Notes: generated by a model not told the origin, from the sequence alone. Shown: positions 17,304 to 27,190, numbered from the stretch's first letter. The stretch is 52,411 bases of DNA from Prosthecobacter sp. (GCF_044373815.1 NZ_JBIPNG010000001.1:1-52411); one strand, 5' to 3'. Numbers and translations: made by a program.

Positions 17304-20300
17304 TCACAGCGTCCGCAGCATCTCCAGAGTCTCAGTGAGCTGCTTGTGACCTTCGCGGGAACTGAGGCGGGGGAATTTGCCCTGGATCATGACGAACTTG
17401 CCATTCCGCGTGAGCATGAGTTTGCGCTCTTTGATTTCGACATCGCTGATGCCGACGTGTGCTGCGGCGAGGCGGATGGAGGCGCAGGTGAGCAGGTTCT
17501 GCACGGCGTGGGGAAGCTTTTCGCCAAATTGGTCACGCCACTGGGCTTCCAGTTCCTCAAGCTCCTTGCGGGTCATGATCTCGCCGACCTGGCGGTAGGC
17601 CGTGATGCGCAGCTTGAGGTCTTCGATGAAGGTGGACGGCAGGAAGGCCGGCGTGGCGTGTTTTTCCGCCTGCACCATCATGGCCTCGTTCATGACGAGG
17701 AAATCTGAACGCAGCCCGACTTCGACCGGGCGTGCCACACGACGGCCCTGCATGCGGGCGACGCTTTGCTTCAGCATCTGGCAGTAGAGATCAAACCCGA
17801 CGGCAGCGATATGGCCGCTCTGCTCGGTGCCGAGAAGATTGCCAGCGCCGCGAATCTCCAGATCCCGCAGCGCGATTTTGAAGCCGCTGCCGAGACCAGC
17901 GTACTGCTTGATCGCGTTCACGCGCTTGCGTGCATCGCCTGCGGTCACCGCATCCTGGGGCAGCAGCAGATAGGCGTAGGCCTGCACCCCCCCACGGCCG
18001 ACACGACCGCGCAGCTGATAGAGATCCGCCAAACCGAAGCGATCCGCACGATCAATGATGATGGTGTTCGCATTGGGGATATCGACCCCGCTTTCGATGA
18101 TGGTGGTGCAGACGAGCACATCCGCCCCGCCATCGACAAAGGTGTGCATCACGTCCTCCAGCAGCTCGCTGTCCATCTGGCCGTGGCCTATGATCACGCG
18201 GGCCTTCGGACATAAATCACGAATGCGCTGCGCGACTTTTTCGATGGTCATCACGCGATTGTGCAGGAAGAAGACCTGCCCGCCACGCTCGATCTCCGCC
18301 TCGACGGCCTGCTTGATCGTGCGCTCGTCGTAGGGGCAGATCATCGTCTGCACGGCCTGCTTGTTCGGCGGTGGTGTCTCGATGGTGCTCATGTCACGCA
18401 TGCCCATGAGCGCCAGGTAGAGCGTGCGCGGAATCGGCGTGGCGCTGAGCGTGAGCACATCGACGAGGCGAAAGAGATCTTTGAATTTTTCTTTGTGCTT
18501 CACACCGAAGCGCTGCTCCTCATCGATCACGGCGAGGCCGAGATTTTTAAAGCGCACATCTTTGGAAATGACGCGGTGCGTGCCGATGACGATGTCCACG
18601 GTGCCCTCAGTGATGCCCCGCAAAATTTCGCGTTCGCGGTGTGGTGGTGTGAGGCGGCAGAGCATTTCAACCGACACAGGGAACTCGCTCATGCGCTGGC
18701 GAATATTCTCCCAGTGCTGCCGTGCCAGCACCGTGGTGGGCACGAGGATGGCCACCTGACGGCCTCCCATGACGGCTTTGAAGGCTGCACGAATGGCGAC
18801 CTCGGTTTTGCCGAAGCCGACGTCGGCACAGAGCAGACGGTCCATGGGTTTTTCAGCCTCCATGTCACGTTTGATCTCCTCCACGCTGCGAAGCTGATCC
18901 GGAGTTTCGCGGTATAAAAACGATTCTTCAAACTCGACCTGCCACTTCGTGTCCGGCTGGTGCGAATACGCCTTCAGCGTCTGCCGTTCTGCCGCCACAC
19001 TGAGCATGCGCACGGCGAAGTCTTCGACGCTTTTCTCCGCGCTCTTGCGCGTCTTCTGCCAGCGCGCTTCGCTGAGTTTGCTCAAGGCGGGCGCTTTACC
19101 ACCGACGCCCACGTAACGCGTGACCATGTGCGTGTGAGCCACGGGCACAAAGAGCTTCGCACCTTCGGCGTAATGCAGCACGAGCACCTCTTCGCGCTTG
19201 CCGGAATCACGCACCTCGACGCCGCCGAAGCGGGCGACACCATGCTCGGCATGCACGACGATGTCGCCTTCGCGCAGGTCGCGCATCACATCGCGCGCCT
19301 TGCGCAGCACTTCGGCTTCATCGAGTTTCGAGCCGCGCACGCGGCGGATATTTTGATGACGGCCAAAAATTTCAGCTCCGGTCAGCACCGCCAGTTTGGC
19401 CGCCGGCACGGTGAAACCGCGATACAACAAGCCCAGCTTTGTTTCGAGCGAGGCAGGAAGGCCGCTCTGCAGTTCCGCGAAACGCTCACGTTCAGCCTCG
19501 TTATGGAAGAAAATGACGGTGCGCCAGCCATCGCCATGCCATTCGCGAATTTGACGGGCGAAGTGCTCACGCCGTGCTTCATGCAAAACAAAGTCGGAAG
19601 CATCGAACACTCCCAGCGGGTTCTCATGAATCGCCGCCGAGTAATCCTCCATGCCCTCAACGGGCGCCGCACCGCTGAGAATGCGGGCATGCGCTTCGCC
19701 CTCACAATCAATGGTGACGACGAAATCCTCCTTATGCAGATGCTCCCGCACTCGAGAAGCTTCCTCCGCATTGTCATTCATCTGAAGGATGACGCCCACG
19801 CTCTCCAGCCGCTTGATGGAAGACTGATTGTGCAGATCAAAGGCACGGATCGATTCGATCTCGTCATCGAAAAACTCCAGTCGCAGCGGTTCTTCCGCCT
19901 GCCAGGAGAAAAAGTCCACGATGCCACCACGACGGGCGAACTGACCGCGCTCGGTAACGACGGGCACACGTTCGTAGTCCGCCTCGCTCAGATCTCGCAG
20001 CAGGTCCTCCACATCCAGCTTCGCGCCGACGCTGAGCACGCGGCGCTGGCTGGAGATTTCAGCCAGTGCGGGAGCAGGCTCGTCCAAACTTTCCGCGCAC
20101 AGCACCATGACCGGCGCGTCTCCTTCCATCATGCGGCCAAGCACCCCCGCGCGCTCCGCCAGCAGTTCAGGATCAACCAAGGCATCGTTCACCACCTGCC
20201 CAAGACGCGGGAAATATAAGGCGGGGCACTGCCATACACCGAGTTCGGCATGCACGTGATCCTGCGTCTTCACGTCCGCGCACAAGATCCAAACGCGACG

Positions 20301-20507
20301 CCCGGGCATGGTCTTCTCCGCGTGCCGAACCATGAGTGCCGCCGCAAAGCCAAAGGCCTGCGGCGTGACGTGGTCGAGCACCAGGTCTGTCTGCTTGAGT
20401 TTTCGCTGAACCTCGGCAGCGGCAAGCGTCAGATCCACCAGACCGAGCGCATCCCCCCGCGCACGCCCGGAGTGGGGTGGTGGTTTGCGGTTCGCAGCCT
20501 TCTTCAC
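17304..20507 (-). CDS. mfd: Transcription-repair coupling factor
   Basis: RGQFARRGGIVD, EFFDDEIESIR, CarD-like VVHAEHGV, ETPDQ, DVGFGKTEVA, DEEQRFGV, SATPIPRT, QLRGRVGR, DLEIRGAGNLLG, TRCF domain; start uncertain (GTG 20507 preferred, TTG 20543 possible). Confidence 0.95.
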   Translation of the reverse strand: MKKAANRKPPPHSGRARGDALGLVDLTLAAAEVQRKLKQTDLVLDHVTPQAFGFAAALMVRHAEKTMPGRRVWILCADVKTQDHVHAELGVWQCPALYFPRLGQVVNDALVDPELLAERAGVLGRMMEGDAPVMVLCAESLDEPAPALAEISSQRRVLSVGAKLDVEDLLRDLSEADYERVPVVTERGQFARRGGIVDFFSWQAEEPLRLEFFDDEIESIRAFDLHNQSSIKRLESVGVILQMNDNAEEASRVREHLHKEDFVVTIDCEGEAHARILSGAAPVEGMEDYSAAIHENPLGVFDASDFVLHEARREHFARQIREWHGDGWRTVIFFHNEAERERFAELQSGLPASLETKLGLLYRGFTVPAAKLAVLTGAEIFGRHQNIRRVRGSKLDEAEVLRKARDVMRDLREGDIVVHAEHGVARFGGVEVRDSGKREEVLVLHYAEGAKLFVPVAHTHMVTRYVGVGGKAPALSKLSEARWQKTRKSAEKSVEDFAVRMLSVAAERQTLKAYSHQPDTKWQVEFEESFLYRETPDQLRSVEEIKRDMEAEKPMDRLLCADVGFGKTEVAIRAAFKAVMGGRQVAILVPTTVLARQHWENIRQRMSEFPVSVEMLCRLTPPHREREILRGITEGTVDIVIGTHRVISKDVRFKNLGLAVIDEEQRFGVKHKEKFKDLFRLVDVLTLSATPIPRTLYLALMGMRDMSTIETPPPNKQAVQTMICPYDERTIKQAVEAEIERGGQVFFLHNRVMTIEKVAQRIRDLCPKARVIIGHGQMDSELLEDVMHTFVDGGADVLVCTTIIESGVDIPNANTIIIDRADRFGLADLYQLRGRVGRGGVQAYAYLLLPQDAVTAGDARKRVNAIKQYAGLGSGFKIALRDLEIRGAGNLLGTEQSGHIAAVGFDLYCQMLKQSVARMQGRRVARPVEVGLRSDFLVMNEAMMVQAEKHATPAFLPSTFIEDLKLRITAYRQVGEIMTRKELEELEAQWRDQFGEKLPHAVQNLLTCASIRLAAAHVGISDVEIKERKLMLTRNGKFVMIQGKFPRLSSREGHKQLTETLEMLRTL

Positions 20508-20540
20508 GGCGCGAGGTTTGGTGGCGCGCTTGACGGGGTC

Positions 20541-20574
20541 CAAAACAAAGCGCCGGGTGAAAACACCCGGCGCT
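20541..20574 (-). terminator. Intrinsic terminator
   Basis: Perfect 11-bp stem AGCGCCGGGTG-AAAA-CACCCGGCGCT (20549-20574), followed on the minus strand by TTGTTTTG. Confidence 0.75.
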
Positions 20575-20619
20575 GCATATCAGCGTGCGAAACGCGCAAA
20601 TTCAAGGATGGGCAGTGAA

Positions 20620-21342
20620 CTATTTCGGACTGGCATTAGATTGCGAGCGTGAGCCGTTTGCCTGCGGCTTGCCCACAGCGGCTGCGAAGAGGTCGTCCTT
20701 GGTCGCCCACTTGTAAACCTCACGGCCGTTTTTATCAAAGATGCGGATGGCAAGACCACCCATGCCGTCAGACTTGATGGCACTGTCGCCATTGGCCCAA
20801 TAAAAGCCGCCCGCGAGCTCTTCTTTGTGCAGGATGATTTCCGTGGTGTCCACCGTCGCTGCGCCAGAGCCGACAACGGATTCTACTTTGCTGCTGCCGG
20901 AAGTTTCGATCCGGGCCGCTCCTTTGCCTTTGCCAGAGTCTTCCCGGCGGAAGCACCAATAATCGACACGAAGGTCACCTATTGCGGTGGGCAGGCGGTT
21001 TCTGATGTTGATTTTGTAGATCCAAGTCTCCTCTTCAAGAGTCACGGCCCCCCGCTTCGTGCGGGTCTGATTGAGTTTCTTCTTGGTGTAGGTCACGTCA
21101 AAGCTGTACTTCGTATTGGCGTCCGCCCAGTCGGAGATGATTTTTTGATCCGCTGGAATGAAGCTGTTGGCAGCCACATTGAATGTGCGGCCATCGGCAG
21201 TTCGTTTGAGCATGACCTGACCACCGGAGGCGGCAACAATCTCTGCATCGAGCTTGCGACCTTGGAGATCGGTAAACTCATGGGCAGACAGCGCCGGAAC
21301 TACGGCGAGGAGGCACAGACTGGCGAGGATATGTGTTTTCAT
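20620..21342 (-). CDS. Secreted hypothetical protein with an N-terminal SHD1-like domain
   Basis: Signal peptide; HEFTDLQGRKLDAEIV...VMLKR..DGRTFNV....F...DQKII pattern typical of SHD1-like modules. Confidence 0.65.
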   Translation of the reverse strand: MKTHILASLCLLAVVPALSAHEFTDLQGRKLDAEIVAASGGQVMLKRTADGRTFNVAANSFIPADQKIISDWADANTKYSFDVTYTKKKLNQTRTKRGAVTLEEETWIYKINIRNRLPTAIGDLRVDYWCFRREDSGKGKGAARIETSGSSKVESVVGSGAATVDTTEIILHKEELAGGFYWANGDSAIKSDGMGGLAIRIFDKNGREVYKWATKDDLFAAAVGKPQANGSRSQSNASPK

Positions 21343-21503
21343 AGCAGAGGATTTCACGATTAACGCATGGATTCTAGTAATTGTATCTGCTTATCGTCAA
21401 CCATATTTACCTACCTGCCATCTATTTGCACTAACATCTTACAGCCTAATTACTATACTCATTCAACTGATTACGCATGTCCTCAATCCTTGGCTCTTGC
21501 TTG

Positions 21504-21527
21504 AAGAACTGCCTTAGCCAACACGTT
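21504..21527 (+). promoter_or_regulatory. Putative promoter AAG-N17-CGTT
   Basis: GAAG aactgccttagccaaca CGTT, 13 nt before ATG 21541; variant of the motif in the DUF1501 cluster. Confidence 0.35.
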
Positions 21528-21540
21528 GACATTCAAAGCC

Positions 21541-22905
21541 ATGAATGCCGCAGCACCCTGCTCCCGTCGCCGATTTCTCCAGAAATGCACCGCCACAACC
21601 ACGGCACTGGGCTTTCCCACGCTCATCCCCGGCTCAGCTTTGGGGAAAAATGGCGCGGTGTCACCGTCCAACCGAACGACGCTCGCGCTGATCGGCTGCG
21701 GTGGTCGTGGGACGGATGTGGTGAAGAATTTTCTGCAGGACGAACGTGTCCAGGTTATCGCGGTGTGTGATGTGGAGCGCGAATCCGACCGCTACAACAA
21801 GGGCATCATCAAAAAGGCGGGAACACTGGGCCGCGAACCGGCGCGGCGTCTGGTGGACAAGACCTACGGCACGCAAGGCTGCGCCACGCATGAGGATTTC
21901 CGCGAGGTGCTCGCACGCAAAGACGTGGATGCCGTTCAGATCGCCACGCCGGACCACTGGCATGCGCTGATGGCCGTGGCGGCGGCACGGGCCGGGAAAA
22001 ACATCTACTGCGAGAAGCCGCTGAGCCTCACCGTCGCGCAGGGCCGCTTCATGAGTGACGTGGTGCGGGACAGCAAGGTCGTGTGGCAGACCGGCAGCCA
22101 GCAGCGCAGTGACATCCACTTCCGCATGGCCTGCGAATACGTGCGCAACGGCAAGATCGGCAGGCTGAAACAAATCCGCGTCGGTCTGGCGAGCGACAAC
22201 CGCGACAACAACGGCAGCGCGGCACAAACTGCACCTGCGCCAGTTCCAGAAGGATTGAACTACGATTTCTGGCTCGGCCCAGCGCCTGACGCCCCCTTTT
22301 GTCCGGCACGACTGCACTCGAACTGGCGCTGGTTTTTCGACTACTCCGGCGGCAACATCACCGACTTCGGCGCGCATCACCTCGACATCGTGCAATGGGC
22401 GCTGGGGCAGGATGAGAGCGGCCCGGTCGAGTTCTTCGATCTGAAGGCCACTTGGCCCGTTGCCGGAAGTCTCTATACCACGCCACCAACGTTTTCCTTC
22501 GCCTATCGCTACGAAGATGGCACCACCGTGAGTGTGGCTGACAAGCAGGACTTTGGCTCCGGCATCCTTTTTGAAGGCGAAAGCGGCAGCGTACTCTGCA
22601 CCCGGGGCAAGCTGGAGATCAAGCCCGACACGCTGCGCAAGCCGCTGGCCGAAAGCGATGTCCGCCTCTACGAGAGCAAGGACCACTTCCGCAATTTCAT
22701 CGACGCCATCCAAGACGGTGTGAAACCAGCCGCTCCCATCGAGTACGCTCACCGCAGCATCACCATCGCGCATCTGGCCAACATCGCCCTGCGGCTGAAC
22801 CGCTCCAAGCTGCGCTGGGATCCGGCGAAAGAGCAGATCCTCGATGATGCAGAAGCCTCCGCCATGCTGACACGTCCGATGCGCGGCCCGTGGCAGCTGG
22901 TGTGA
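21541..22905 (+). CDS. Gfo/Idh/MocA family oxidoreductase with a Tat signal
   Basis: SRRRFLQ; IGCGGRG; ATPDHWH; YCEKPL; QTGSQQRS; WLGPAP; DFGAHHLD. Confidence 0.92.
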   Translation: MNAAAPCSRRRFLQKCTATTTALGFPTLIPGSALGKNGAVSPSNRTTLALIGCGGRGTDVVKNFLQDERVQVIAVCDVERESDRYNKGIIKKAGTLGREPARRLVDKTYGTQGCATHEDFREVLARKDVDAVQIATPDHWHALMAVAAARAGKNIYCEKPLSLTVAQGRFMSDVVRDSKVVWQTGSQQRSDIHFRMACEYVRNGKIGRLKQIRVGLASDNRDNNGSAAQTAPAPVPEGLNYDFWLGPAPDAPFCPARLHSNWRWFFDYSGGNITDFGAHHLDIVQWALGQDESGPVEFFDLKATWPVAGSLYTTPPTFSFAYRYEDGTTVSVADKQDFGSGILFEGESGSVLCTRGKLEIKPDTLRKPLAESDVRLYESKDHFRNFIDAIQDGVKPAAPIEYAHRSITIAHLANIALRLNRSKLRWDPAKEQILDDAEASAMLTRPMRGPWQLV

Positions 22906-22911
22906 TTTGCA

Positions 22912-22937
22912 TGTAACATGCGGCCGCGTTTCCTGAA
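22912..22937 (+). promoter_or_regulatory. Putative ECF sigma promoter TGTAACA-N13-CCTGAA
   Basis: 14 nt upstream of the sigma ATG; the identical bipartite motif precedes the kinase. Confidence 0.7.
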
Positions 22938-22951
22938 GAAACGCCGCCAAC

Positions 22952-23671
22952 ATGCCCGCCAGCCCTTCTCCTTCCCCACTGTTTGTGACCACTCGCTGGT
23001 CCGTCGTGCTGGCGGCGAAGCATCAGGATTCCCAACAGGCCATGGAGACGCTGTGCCGGGCCTACTGGTATCCATTGTATGCGTATGTTCGTCGAGATGG
23101 CCACACTCCGCACGATGCGCAGGATCTTACGCAGGAGTTTTTTGCGCGACTGGTGGAAAAGGACTGGCTGCGTGCCGCCGGGCCGGAGCAGGGGCGCTTT
23201 CGCACCTTTCTGCTCGTGGCGATGAAGCGATTTCTCATCAACGAATGGCACAAAAACACCTCGCAGAAACGCGGAGGACACATCACGCATGTGCCGCTGG
23301 ATGCAGAGGATGCGGAGCGCCGGTTTGCGAGCGAGCCTGATCTGGCACCGGATGCGATGTTTGAACGGCGCTGGGCGATGACGCTCCTGGAGCAGACCCT
23401 GACCAGCCTGGAGGCTGAATTTGCGGCGGCATCCAAAGCCGAAGATTTTCAGGCGCTGAAGCACTGCCTGACACTTGATCGCGGCAGCATCTCCTACCCG
23501 GAGCTGGCTGCCAAAACAGGCTGCACCGAGGGTGCGGCACGCGTGGCGGTGCATCGGCTGCGCAAGCGTTTCCGTGAACTGTTCCGTGCCAGCATCGCCG
23601 CCACGCTGGCGGAAGGCGAGGATGTGGACATGGAGATGAAGCATGTGGTCGCAGTGCTGAGCAGCGTTTGA
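22952..23671 (+). CDS. ECF RNA polymerase sigma factor (kinase-associated PVC type)
   Basis: FVTTRWSVV, YWYPLYAYVRR, DAQDLTQEFF, GRFRTFL, region-4 HTH SYPELAAKTGCTEGAARVAVHRLRKRF. Confidence 0.9.
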   Translation: MPASPSPSPLFVTTRWSVVLAAKHQDSQQAMETLCRAYWYPLYAYVRRDGHTPHDAQDLTQEFFARLVEKDWLRAAGPEQGRFRTFLLVAMKRFLINEWHKNTSQKRGGHITHVPLDAEDAERRFASEPDLAPDAMFERRWAMTLLEQTLTSLEAEFAAASKAEDFQALKHCLTLDRGSISYPELAAKTGCTEGAARVAVHRLRKRFRELFRASIAATLAEGEDVDMEMKHVVAVLSSV

Positions 23672-23683
23672 TGGGAATTCGCT

Positions 23684-23709
23684 TGTAACACGACTGCGAA
23701 ACCCCTGAA
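23684..23709 (+). promoter_or_regulatory. Putative ECF sigma promoter TGTAACA-N13-CCTGAA
   Basis: In the 44-nt sigma-kinase gap, 6 nt upstream of ATG 23716. Confidence 0.7.
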
Positions 23710-23715
23710 CTACTC

Positions 23716-26373
23716 ATGGAAGCGATGAGTTCCGAATCCACCCCATGCCCCAAATGCGGCTGCGAACTGCCGACCGATGCCCCTCAGGGCCTGTGTCCGC
23801 GCTGCCTCGCCGCATTGAATTTCGCGACGGAAACACTGCCGCCGGATGCCCTTCCCCTTTCACCCCAGGCACCGCTGACTCCGGAGGAACTGGCTCCGCA
23901 TTTTCCACAGCTGGAAATCATCAAGTGCCTTGGTCGTGGTGGCATGGGTGTTGTTTACAAGGCCCGGCAAAAAACACTGAACCGCCTCGTCGCCCTTAAA
24001 CTCCTCGCTCCAGAGCGCTCGGAGGACGCGAAGTTCGCCGCACGTTTTGAAAAGGAGGCGCAGGCGCTGGCCGCACTGAATCATCCGCACATCGTCACGA
24101 TTCACGACTTCGGCCAGGCCGGCGGCTATTTCTATCTGCTCATGGAGTACGTCGATGGCGTCAATCTGCGCCAGGCGATGCAGGCAGGCCGGTTCACGCC
24201 GGAGCAGGCGCTGGCCATCGTGCCACCGGTGTGTGAGGCGCTGCAGTATGCGCATGAGCACGGCATCGTGCATCGAGACATCAAACCGGAAAATCTACTG
24301 CTCGACAAAACAGGACGCGTGAAGATCGCCGACTTTGGGATCGCCAAGATGATCGGTACAATGTCAGAGAATGGCGGCGAGTCATTGTCACAGCCGTTCG
24401 GCACACCGGCGTATGCAGCGCCGGAGCAGCGCAGTGACACAAGCCATGTGGATCATCGGGCGGACATCTATTCACTCGGCGTGATTCTCTACGAACTTCT
24501 GACTGGCGAGCTGCCGAATGAAAAACTCGAACCGCCATCCAAACGCGTGCAGATCGACGTGCGACTGGATGAGATTGTGCTGCGTGCCTTGGAAACAAAA
24601 CCGGAGCTGCGCTTTGCCACGGCGGCAGAATTCCGCACGCAGCTCGCCGGAGCGGTGACACCCATGCCCGAAAAAACGGAGCTGGGAAAAACGCATACGG
24701 CTTCGCCGCGGCCTCAAAAAAGGCGGGGCGCTCTCGGCATGGTGCTAGGCTCATTGATTGCAGGAATTCTGGTGGTGCTGTTTATCCTGCGTCACGATAC
24801 TTCGCGCACCACGACGGCCAACACTTCAAGCCGGGTGTTCATCATGAGTGAGCACAGCGGGACTGCATCATCCTTTTACGTCCAATGGACCGTGAGCTCC
24901 TTGGAAGCGAGCGAAGTGCGCATCGAATATGCCAACGTCACTCAGTCCAGCCACCTGCAGTGGAACCAGGCCTCTAAAGACTATGAAGTGAAGGCACGGA
25001 TCGAAATCACCCGCCTCAAAGACGAGCTTGTTCGAATTCACACACAGATTGGTGACTCTGAAAAGACAAAGGAACTCAACTGCAATTACACACAACTCCA
25101 GAACGAACTTCTCACGACCAGCCTCATCTCTGCAAAAACAAATACAAACAGTGCAGTTGTCATTTGTCGTCTGCTGGACCAGCCGCTGAAGCTTGAGCTG
25201 CCTGCCAAGGCGAGCACTGTTTCATCCACCGTCACTCCTCAGGAACAATTCGGAGTCAGCGCCAATATCTTTGGTCTGCAAATCCTGGTGCTGGCCTTGG
25301 TTTTGGTCGGTCTCATTGGGTTGATTCGTTCTCTTTTCAAGCGCCAGCGCATAGGCTGTGCAGTGGTGCTCATCCTGCTGCTGGCCCTGCTTTTACTGGG
25401 CGTGGCAGGCAGTGTGGTGTGGTATTTCAGCGGCCAGTCTCCCGGCAAAAGCGCAGCTTCTGTTCAGCCGCCTGCGAAATCCAAGGCCCTTATGTCGGCC
25501 TGGGAAAACCGGCTGCAGGAGGAACTGCTCTTTTGTCAGCGGCAAATGTCCGACCTTAGACAGACACTCGGACGAAACCATCCACAGATGAAGTCCTTGA
25601 GCGAGCAAATCACCAGGCTGGAGAAACAAATCGAGCAGGAGCGGCTGAAACCAGCGACCCGCATTCCACAGTTTGTGGAAGACGATCCTCGATTCCTCAC
25701 CACAGCCGGACGCCCACTTCAGCTGAACTCGCGTTATACCATCAGTGTCGATCCCCAACCCATGCGGGGAAAGGACGGTCGTTCGAGCATGCGCAGCTAC
25801 ACCCTCAAAGACAGGCTGAGCGATGGCGTCGCAGGTGTCACCGCTTTTGCACCGCTGTCGATCCAAAACGAGCGTTTCATCATTTTCTGGGACCGGGAGA
25901 AGGAGGAGTTATGGCTGGCGTCTCCCACCATCTTCCGCAGGCACCACCTGCCACAGAACGGCAAGCCCGTGGAGGAGATGTTCATGAGGCCTGTCATCCC
26001 GCAGGACTTCAAGCTTCGCATGCCGGACCCATTTCGCGAAGCCATCAACCACTGGCTCCTTGGTGAAGCTCGTGGCAATGACCTCTCAGATATTTTGACA
26101 ATGCCACAGGCCGGAAATTTCACTCTGATCGCCATGCTCTCCCGCATGCATTACTTTGGAGGTGATGCGCCACGATATGCGGAATACGAATGCTTCAAGG
26201 TTGAGACCGACAGTGGTCAGGGGCATGCCTTCATACCGAGGCATGAAGCATTGAGCAAACGCCTTGAAACACTGCTCCCCTGGGGCAAGTCAAGCCAGTT
26301 CGTGATAACAGCTACCTGGCGGCATCAGGGAACTATCAGCTGGCTCGAATTGATTGGTGCCAAGCCGTTTTAA
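23716..26373 (+). CDS. Membrane-anchored Hanks-type Ser/Thr protein kinase
   Basis: N-terminal CPKC...CPRC zinc ribbon; LGRGGMGVVYKA, VALK, HRDIKPEN, DFG, GTPAYAAPEQ, DIYSLG; three predicted TM helices and unrecognised C-terminal domains. Confidence 0.92.
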   Translation: MEAMSSESTPCPKCGCELPTDAPQGLCPRCLAALNFATETLPPDALPLSPQAPLTPEELAPHFPQLEIIKCLGRGGMGVVYKARQKTLNRLVALKLLAPERSEDAKFAARFEKEAQALAALNHPHIVTIHDFGQAGGYFYLLMEYVDGVNLRQAMQAGRFTPEQALAIVPPVCEALQYAHEHGIVHRDIKPENLLLDKTGRVKIADFGIAKMIGTMSENGGESLSQPFGTPAYAAPEQRSDTSHVDHRADIYSLGVILYELLTGELPNEKLEPPSKRVQIDVRLDEIVLRALETKPELRFATAAEFRTQLAGAVTPMPEKTELGKTHTASPRPQKRRGALGMVLGSLIAGILVVLFILRHDTSRTTTANTSSRVFIMSEHSGTASSFYVQWTVSSLEASEVRIEYANVTQSSHLQWNQASKDYEVKARIEITRLKDELVRIHTQIGDSEKTKELNCNYTQLQNELLTTSLISAKTNTNSAVVICRLLDQPLKLELPAKASTVSSTVTPQEQFGVSANIFGLQILVLALVLVGLIGLIRSLFKRQRIGCAVVLILLLALLLLGVAGSVVWYFSGQSPGKSAASVQPPAKSKALMSAWENRLQEELLFCQRQMSDLRQTLGRNHPQMKSLSEQITRLEKQIEQERLKPATRIPQFVEDDPRFLTTAGRPLQLNSRYTISVDPQPMRGKDGRSSMRSYTLKDRLSDGVAGVTAFAPLSIQNERFIIFWDREKEELWLASPTIFRRHHLPQNGKPVEEMFMRPVIPQDFKLRMPDPFREAINHWLLGEARGNDLSDILTMPQAGNFTLIAMLSRMHYFGGDAPRYAEYECFKVETDSGQGHAFIPRHEALSKRLETLLPWGKSSQFVITATWRHQGTISWLELIGAKPF

Positions 26374-26437
26374 AATTCCATTTCGACTTCATGGATCTTA
26401 TTCGCGGGCCGTTTTCGGCGACGAGGGAGCAGTCCGG

Positions 26438-27190
26438 TCATCCAAACTGCTTCCAGAACATGAGCACAGAAATGATCAACCCGATGGCTGTGATGAGATT
26501 CCTTACTTTCTGCGGTGAAATGCGCTGGGAGTAGTGTGCTCCGAGATAGTAGCCGATCAATGCACCTGCTGTCAGGGCCAATGCCTGCGGCCAGTTGACC
26601 ATGCCAACTGCGATGAACCATACGGCGGCAATGACGTTGATCAGCGAGCCGAGAATGTTCTTAAGCGCGTTCATCTCGTGGATGTTCGTCATCCCCATGA
26701 AGCCGAACGACGCGAGCATCAGGATGCCGATGCCCGCGCCGAAAAACGCGCCGTAGATCGCCACCGGCAGCTGCAGTGCGATGGAAAACCACAGCGCCTT
26801 TGATTTCGACGAAGTTGCTGACTTGCGCAGAAATCCCTGAAGGAAGAACAGTACAGTCGCGAACAGAACGAGAAAGGGAATGAGCTTGGAGAACTGATCG
26901 TCGCTGGTCTGCGTTAGCAACCAGCTCCCGATGGCCGCGCCGATGAAGAAGATCGGGATGAACTGGAACAGCCGTGTGCGGATCGCTTTCAAATGCCCGC
27001 GAAAGCTCACGATGCTGCCCGCCGTACCGATGACCAGCCCTACAGTGCTTGTGGCATTTGCCAGCACGGGAGGCGTGCCGAACATGAGCAGCACTGGGAA
27101 CGTCAGCAGCGTGCCTCCGCCCGCAATGGCATTGATCGCACCGGCAGCGCAGCCTGCGGCGCTGAGGGTGAGGATTTCGATCCAAGTCAT
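26438..27190 (-). CDS. Sulfite exporter TauE/SafE family protein
   Basis: AGAINAIAGGGTLLTFP, ANATST, YGAFFGAGIG; hydrophobic throughout. Confidence 0.88.
   Translation of the reverse strand: MTWIEILTLSAAGCAAGAINAIAGGGTLLTFPVLLMFGTPPVLANATSTVGLVIGTAGSIVSFRGHLKAIRTRLFQFIPIFFIGAAIGSWLLTQTSDDQFSKLIPFLVLFATVLFFLQGFLRKSATSSKSKALWFSIALQLPVAIYGAFFGAGIGILMLASFGFMGMTNIHEMNALKNILGSLINVIAAVWFIAVGMVNWPQALALTAGALIGYYLGAHYSQRISPQKVRNLITAIGLIISVLMFWKQFG

Noticed and set aside
18960-20219. 419-aa plus-strand ORF
   Set aside because: Shadow of mfd.
21661-22992. 443-aa minus-strand ORF
   Set aside because: Shadow of the Gfo/Idh/MocA oxidoreductase.
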